Of a stretch of 64,000 bases of DNA, positions 57,505 through 64,000 are shown one piece after another. The notes beneath the pieces are model-generated. The model searched no databases and had not been told where the DNA came from. It saw only the letters and a list, made by a program, of their open reading frames with translations. A program made the translations under genes and the position numbers. Each line of letters begins with the position of its first letter. Position 1 is the first letter of the stretch. The stretch lies in NCBI RefSeq assembly GCF_009914755.1, contig NC_060926.1; one strand, 5' to 3'. The stretch is from the human T2T-CHM13v2.0 reference genome, Homo sapiens.

Positions 57505-58479
57505 CTAAATATAAATTCTTTCCTCACCAATATGATACACTTTTAAGATAAAGTTTCATAGACTTTTAAAAATATTCTCTTGGTAAAGGGTCTATTAAAA
57601 TTTTCCTTAAATTACTTTATTGTTGCTCAAATTTAGTATAGCAAACAGGCAAATTAATCTAAAGTCCCAGAGTTTTTCTAAAAAATATTTTGAAATAAAG
57701 ATGGTGTAGGACATCACATAAAACCACTTCTAAAACTATTGAGTATAAATACTTTTCTTACACACAAACATGCACACACATATACCCAAATCTCTTTCCC
57801 TGTCTTTTAAAATAATTGGAGTATTAAATAAGGACTTATAATTCATTATATATGCTTATATATTTAATGGATTAGAAAGAAGAGATTTCAAAATTTAAGC
57901 AAAGAGATACATCTATTTTGGCATGTGCATGGAATAAGCCATTTTCTTTGTACCCTTTTGATAAACCAAAATTCAAAGATAAATATTAAGATACTAATGT
58001 TAGAAATTTTGGGTAGAAACATAATGGTGTAGCTATGCTAAGTTTAAATGTTGTTACAGAGTATATATGACCATTTAAAAACCAAAAATCACTAGAAAAG
58101 CAGTAGCAGAATGGTAGAAAAATCAATTCGATACGAAAGAAGAGCGAGGAGAGTCATACAGTTTGGAACAATGAAAGATGGGATTAAGAGACACGGAGAG
58201 GCTCATTTTGAAAGGAAAAAATTTTCAAAAATCATAGAATAAAATAAATAAGAATTTTCATAGTAATATTTCTTTGACCATTATTAATTCTAAACAATTA
58301 AAGAAAGACAATTCCACAAAACATGTTGAGAGGAAATACACACCTTTCTGATCAACTTTACTTTTTGTACTTCTGAAAAGGTGAGTTCCAATGGTAAGCT
58401 CAGTCTTAAAGAAGAGGGGAAAATTAGCCTACACAGACACTGTAGCCATTGATCAAGGTCACACACACTACAGCTAAAT

Positions 58480-60240
58480 ATATACAGGGGTATACCATAT
58501 TCACAGAATGGAAGACAATACTGTAACAGATTCTAATCTCCTTAACACAGACACATACAATCAAGGCAATTCTGATCAATATTTTATCAGATTATTTAGT
58601 ATGGAACAGATTCCAATATTTATATGAAAATGCAAGGAGCCAAGAGAAAAACACACTTTTGAAGAAGAAAACCGAGTTTGAAGGATTTACTCAACTGGAT
58701 AACAAGACTCATAAGACAATGGAGTATTGGTGCAAGTACAGAAAAACAGACCAGCAAAACCTAATAGCCCAGAAATAAACACAGGTGTATAGGCACTTAA
58801 CTTATATAATAGAGGTGGTACTGCAGAGCAGTGGAGAAGGATAAACTTTTCAATAGCAGCGGGAAAAAAACATGGAGAAAAATCCGTGCCAGGTAGATTT
58901 TAGATTCAAATGTGAATGGAAAAGCTAAAAACTTCTAGAAGATAAGATAGGAGAATATCTCCTTTTCTCTGGGTAAGAAAATATTTCATAAACAACACAA
59001 AGAAGTAAAAACTATAAAAGAAGAACATTAATAATTGTGTCATCAAAAGACACCACTGAGAGAGAGTGAAAAGGCAAACAAGCCCTAGGGTGGCAAAGAT
59101 AGCTGCAACAAACAAAGCTGACCAAGGGCTTAGGACATAGTTTAAAGAATCCACAGTAATCAATACAAAGCTAAACCAATGTGGAGCAGTCAACCTCATC
59201 AAAACAGAAAGTAGAATGGTGGCTGCCAGAGGCTGGTGGGAGGGGCAAACAGGGAGTTGTTCAATGGCTATAGAATGTCAGTTTTGCAAGATGAAAAATT
59301 TCTGGAGATTGGTTGCACGGCAGTGTGAATATAATTAACACTACTTAATTGCATACTTAAAAATTGATAAGTTTTATGTTATGTGTATTTTACCACAAAT
59401 AAAAATTTTAAAATAGATAAATATAAAAACTGGGTAGCAAGAGATTTGGACATCACAAAAGAGGTTTTGCAGTTGGCTATTAAAAGTGTAAAATGGTACT
59501 CAAGAACATTATTCAGAAATACAGAAATTAAAGCCACAATGAGATCCTGTTATATACCTACTAGTTGGCTAAAACTAAAAAGACTACTAAAAAGACTATA
59601 CCAATAACAAGGGTTGACAAGGATATGGAACAACTGGAACTTCACATCCTGCCCATGAGTATGTAAAATGGTACAAGTGCACTGCAGCACTGATGGTATT
59701 ATTCACTGAAAGTGAATACACACGTACAACCTATGACCCAATTCCACACAGTTCTATATACAACAAAATCGAAGACATGTACAACTTTCCCTAACAGCAC
59801 TGTTCATAACAGCCCCAAACTAGAAGCAAGAAGCATATCCATCAATGGGGGAGATCAATAAAATGTGGTAGTCATACAATGAAAGTGTAATACAACACTG
59901 AAACTTGAATAATCCATTGCTACATACAACATGAATCTTACAAACATAATGTTGAGCAAAAGTAAAGTGCAAAAGGATACATCGTGTATAATTCAATTTA
60001 AATGTCAAAAACAGGCAAAATCAACGTAAGGTGTTAGAAGACCAGATAGGGCTATCTTTGGGGAAAGGAAGATAATAGTGATTGAGAGGGGTGCATGGCA
60101 GAAGCAGAGACGGGTGCTGTGAGTTGAAAGTGCTATACAGAATCTTGATCTACATGATAACAAAGAGATTTTTCTGTGGTAGATAGCTCTTTGACCTGTG
60201 CACCTATGATTTATACACTTTTCTGTACATGGTTTTTGGT
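58480..60240 (+). mobile_element. Old L1 (L1ME-like) ORF2/3' remnants with a nested L1MA/MB 3' piece (~59190-59415)
   Basis: 'aatatttatatgaaaatgcaagg', 'gtattggtgcaag', 'gaaagtagaatggtggctgccagaggctgg'. Confidence 0.7.
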
Positions 60241-60684
60241 TCATCTAAAGCCAGGGCAGTCTTATAAAGGATGTAGTCAGGAATGGCACATGTTGGAAAA
60301 AGATCAAGAAAGCTGAAAACTAAGAAAATGTCACAGGATCTGGTAAACGATTTTGTTTGTGACCTTTCTGAGAAAGTAGCTTAGTGGAATGGTAAAATTT
60401 TTAACCAGGTGGGCACAAGCAGTGATGCACTGAAGAACAGAGCACAGACTATTCTGAGAAATACAGTGATGCTCAGTGTGTCAGAGAGGATGGTAATTCT
60501 ACTGAGTAGACCATAAGTTGACGGTTAAACTACAAAGAAGCCCATCAAGTCGAATAATGCTGCTAGTTAAGCTAAGAGCTAGTCAGAATTTAAATTTTTC
60601 ATGTTATCTTCAAGATCAACGTAAGTCACCCTTATAGATCTCACCAATGAGATCTTTTCATTGGAAAAATACATATTCACTTAC

Positions 60685-60878
60685 CTTCCTCCTCCCAAAA
60701 ATAGAAGTCCAAGGGCCATGTGGTGGGCTAAGTGAAAACCATAGTTCATTTCACCACCCGTTTTCATGTGTAAGAAGCGACAAAGCTGCAAAACCTTTAG
60801 GTTTCCTGAGCCAGCCATGACCATGGCGAGAGACAGCAGCACCACGCTCAGACAAGTTTCTAGGTTATGAGGACCTGT
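60685..60878 (-). CDS. ANAPC1: ANAPC1 exon: TGPHNLETCLSVVLLSLAMVMAGSGNLKVLQLCRFLHMKTGGEMNYGFHLAHHMALGLLFLGGG(R)
   Basis: tgacag|ACA...AG|gtaagt; 194 nt; PC-repeat region. Confidence 0.95.
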
Positions 60879-60992
60879 CTGTCAGGTGAAGAGATGACAT
60901 CACTGTAACTGTTGTGTTACATTTCTTTATTATCAGAACTAGCTTAGCCATCATTAGAAGACTACAAAAGTTTGTAACTTAAAAAAAAATCT

Positions 60993-61373
<381 letters not shown>

Positions 61374-61555
61374 TCACTTGGAATGTCACACCCAAAGATA
61401 ACTGGTGTTAACGTTTTGGCTTTTTCTCTGAATTTTTCCTTTACCTACACATATTTTTTCCAAATGAAATGGAGATGTTACTCTACACAATATTTTTAAC
61501 CTTTTAAATGACCTATTACAAGCAAGCTTCACTCACAAAAAAAAGTTGTTTCTTT

Positions 61556-61848
61556 TTTGTTGTTGTTGTTTTTTTTGGAGACAGGGTCTCTCACTCTGTC
61601 ACCCAGGCTGAAGTGCAGTGATGCAACAGCCTCAACCTCCTGGGGTCAAAGGATCCACCCACCTCAGCCTCCCAAGTTGCTGGGACTACATGTGTGTGTC
61701 ACCACACCTGGCTAATTTTTTATTTTTTGTAGAGATGGGGTCTCCCTATGTTGCCCAGGCTGATCTCAACCTCCTGGGCTCAAATGATCCTCCTGCTTCA
61801 GTCTCCCAAAGTTGCTAGGATTATAGGCATGAGCCACTGCACCCAGCC
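61556..61848 (-). mobile_element. AluJ
   Basis: Reverse diverged dimer; TSD ~ACAAAAAA. Confidence 0.88.
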
Positions 61849-62400
61849 ACAAAAAATTCTTGTATAACGTGATTTTGGTAGCTCCACTGTGTAAGAATAT
61901 ATAAATAAACCATAATCAAATTTAATTAACTACTTTTAGACTTTTTTGATGTTTCTAACTTTTCCATATTATAAATAGTGTTGCATAAATCCATGTAGCT
62001 TTTACCAGGAAATAAAATCTCTCAGTCTTGTCATCAGAGAAGCAATGCCTCAAAAGCAACTGAATCCTTACTAAGTACTAATATTTTTTAAAAAGGAAAT
62101 TCCCAATATTTAATACTGAGACAGAATTACATGAGGTATGACAACCCGTGAATATTATGGCCTTTTTTATTCTCTTGTCACAAGAACTAGATACCTGTGC
62201 ATCCTTCCAGGGTAATCATATTCTCACCTAAGTTAATATCGCAAAACAAAAATAAAAAGATGAGCTAATGGTTCTTCAGATCTCTCATTCTACATTTAAA
62301 AAAACAGCAGAGATATCTGATAACACATAAGTAACTGGATCATCAGTAAATTTTTTTCAAGTTTAATTTTATTCCCAAGGAGAATGATAAAAAGACTTAC

Positions 62401-62454
62401 AACAGAAGCATTAGGTGCAGACAAATAAGTCATAAAATCTTTGGCAAATTTATG
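62401..62454 (-). CDS. ANAPC1: ANAPC1 exon: HKFAKDFMTYLSAPNASV
   Basis: ttctag|CAT...GTT|gtaagt; 54 nt, phase 0-0. Confidence 0.95.
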
Positions 62455-62555
62455 CTAGAAAAACAAAAGAAAAAATTCCAAGTTATAAGAAGCATCTTAA
62501 AGCTTTGTTAAAACAAACAAAAAAAAAGAACACAGTAAACTAAAATACTTCTTAC

Positions 62556-62646
62556 CAAACAGTTAAATGCTGATAAGTTTTCTGAGCCAGCAAATCGAAA
62601 ACCCAGAGACAAGCAGGCTCCTGCAATTATGTAGACATGTGCTTGG
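62556..62646 (-). CDS. ANAPC1: ANAPC1 exon: QAHVYIIAGACLSLGFRFAGSENLSAFNCL
   Basis: tttcag|C...TTG|gtaaga; 91 nt, phase 2-0; conserved GACxxLGFRFAGS motif. Confidence 0.95.
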
Positions 62647-63140
62647 CTGAAAACAGGTGACAAGAAATTTAATAATCATTATTTTACTTTAAAATTAACT
62701 TGAAATAAGTAACAATAAATATTCCAGTTCTCTAAGCTAGTTTATATCTTTCTGGGAATGATGAAGTGCCCTCAGTCAGCAGATTTCTATGTATTTTTTT
62801 TTCAGCAGAAGCATCGGGTCACCTTACTCATGAAGTTTGCCCCTTGCCTACAGTTTCATATGCAGCAAAAACAATTTTTAAAATTGTTGCCAATTTCTTT
62901 AATGGAAAGGATAAAAGACAAATACATACAAGTTAAATCTCCAATATTGCTTTTTGAGGGCAAGAGCTCTATACTTCAGAGAGCTTTAACCAACGTCATG
63001 AACATCTGATAAATAATGGTTAGAAATATGTGGGATTCATAATTACTTAAATCAAGGACAATATTACTCCCACATGGTATATTTCAATTTAATTATCTGA
63101 TAGACGCTAGGATAGCTAATTTGCATTATACATCACTTAC

Positions 63141-63217
63141 GACAAAGTTTCCAAATTCAAATCCTCTGAGCATGGCAATTCGATTTCACTGAGAGAGATA
63201 CTATTTTCTCTTATAAT
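63141..63217 (-). CDS. ANAPC1: ANAPC1 exon: IIRENSISLSEIELPCSEDLNLETL(S); gene continues beyond the window
   Basis: tgacag|ATT...TC|gtaagt; 77 nt, phase 0-2. Confidence 0.93.
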
Positions 63218-63424
63218 CTGTCAATATAGAAAGCAAGAATACTTAGATATCAATGTTCTCATTACAAATATTTAATAATCTGAAGAATAACATACTGCTT
63301 ATCATGGCTATATTTATATAAAGTAAGCTTTACCAAACCATTTCACTCAAAAGCCTATATTTTAATCTCATTGAATGTAATCAAATTTCAAATCTAAGAT
63401 GGGCTAAGTAAGAATAATAATTAA

Positions 63425-63732
<308 letters not shown>

Positions 63733-64000
63733 AAATAGGGCTGAACAAATATAAACAGGAAGACGTAAGTATATTCTAAATCAGTAACAGGGTCATAATA
63801 TTGCATACCAGTCAACTGAAATACAAAGATGATGGCTTTAGAATTGGGGCAGGGGTGAGGGGAAGAAGTGGGAAAAGAGAAATAGGAGACAACTCTAATC
63901 AGACTTCTTCTTTACGGGATGTTTCCAGCATTAATCCAACATACCTACCACAGGTGAGGTTATTCACTAGGCTAAGATAAGCTAAACTGTCAATATGTTT

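Overview
Primate (very likely human) genomic DNA, rich in repeats. The right 40% (37.3-64 kb) holds the last 14 coding exons of ANAPC1 (APC/C subunit 1) on the minus strand. I spliced them by hand at GT-AG junctions into an uninterrupted 1539-nt frame (512 aa + TGA, ending ...GNPQPMVM*). The MIR4771 hairpin lies in the last intron, and there are two candidate poly(A) signals. The left part is intergenic. It holds a CENPN processed pseudogene split by three Alus, a cluster of CTCF-like motifs around a ~22-bp minisatellite, a long old L1, several solo LTRs (MaLR, MLT2, MER4-like, MER50-like, THE1, MST) and a heavily deleted HERV-E (LTR2) provirus. I see no convincing new multi-gene system, and nearly all ORFs in the supplied track are spurious. 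The most unusual structure is the HERV-E left end, where an inverted U5, a gag fragment and R-U5 are joined at microhomologies, which looks like a fossil of aberrant reverse transcription. Repeat subfamily names and gene identities come from recognition of consensus and protein sequences, not from a search. Boundaries of old repeats are approximate. ANAPC1 has a segmentally duplicated paralogous region that cannot be formally excluded here.
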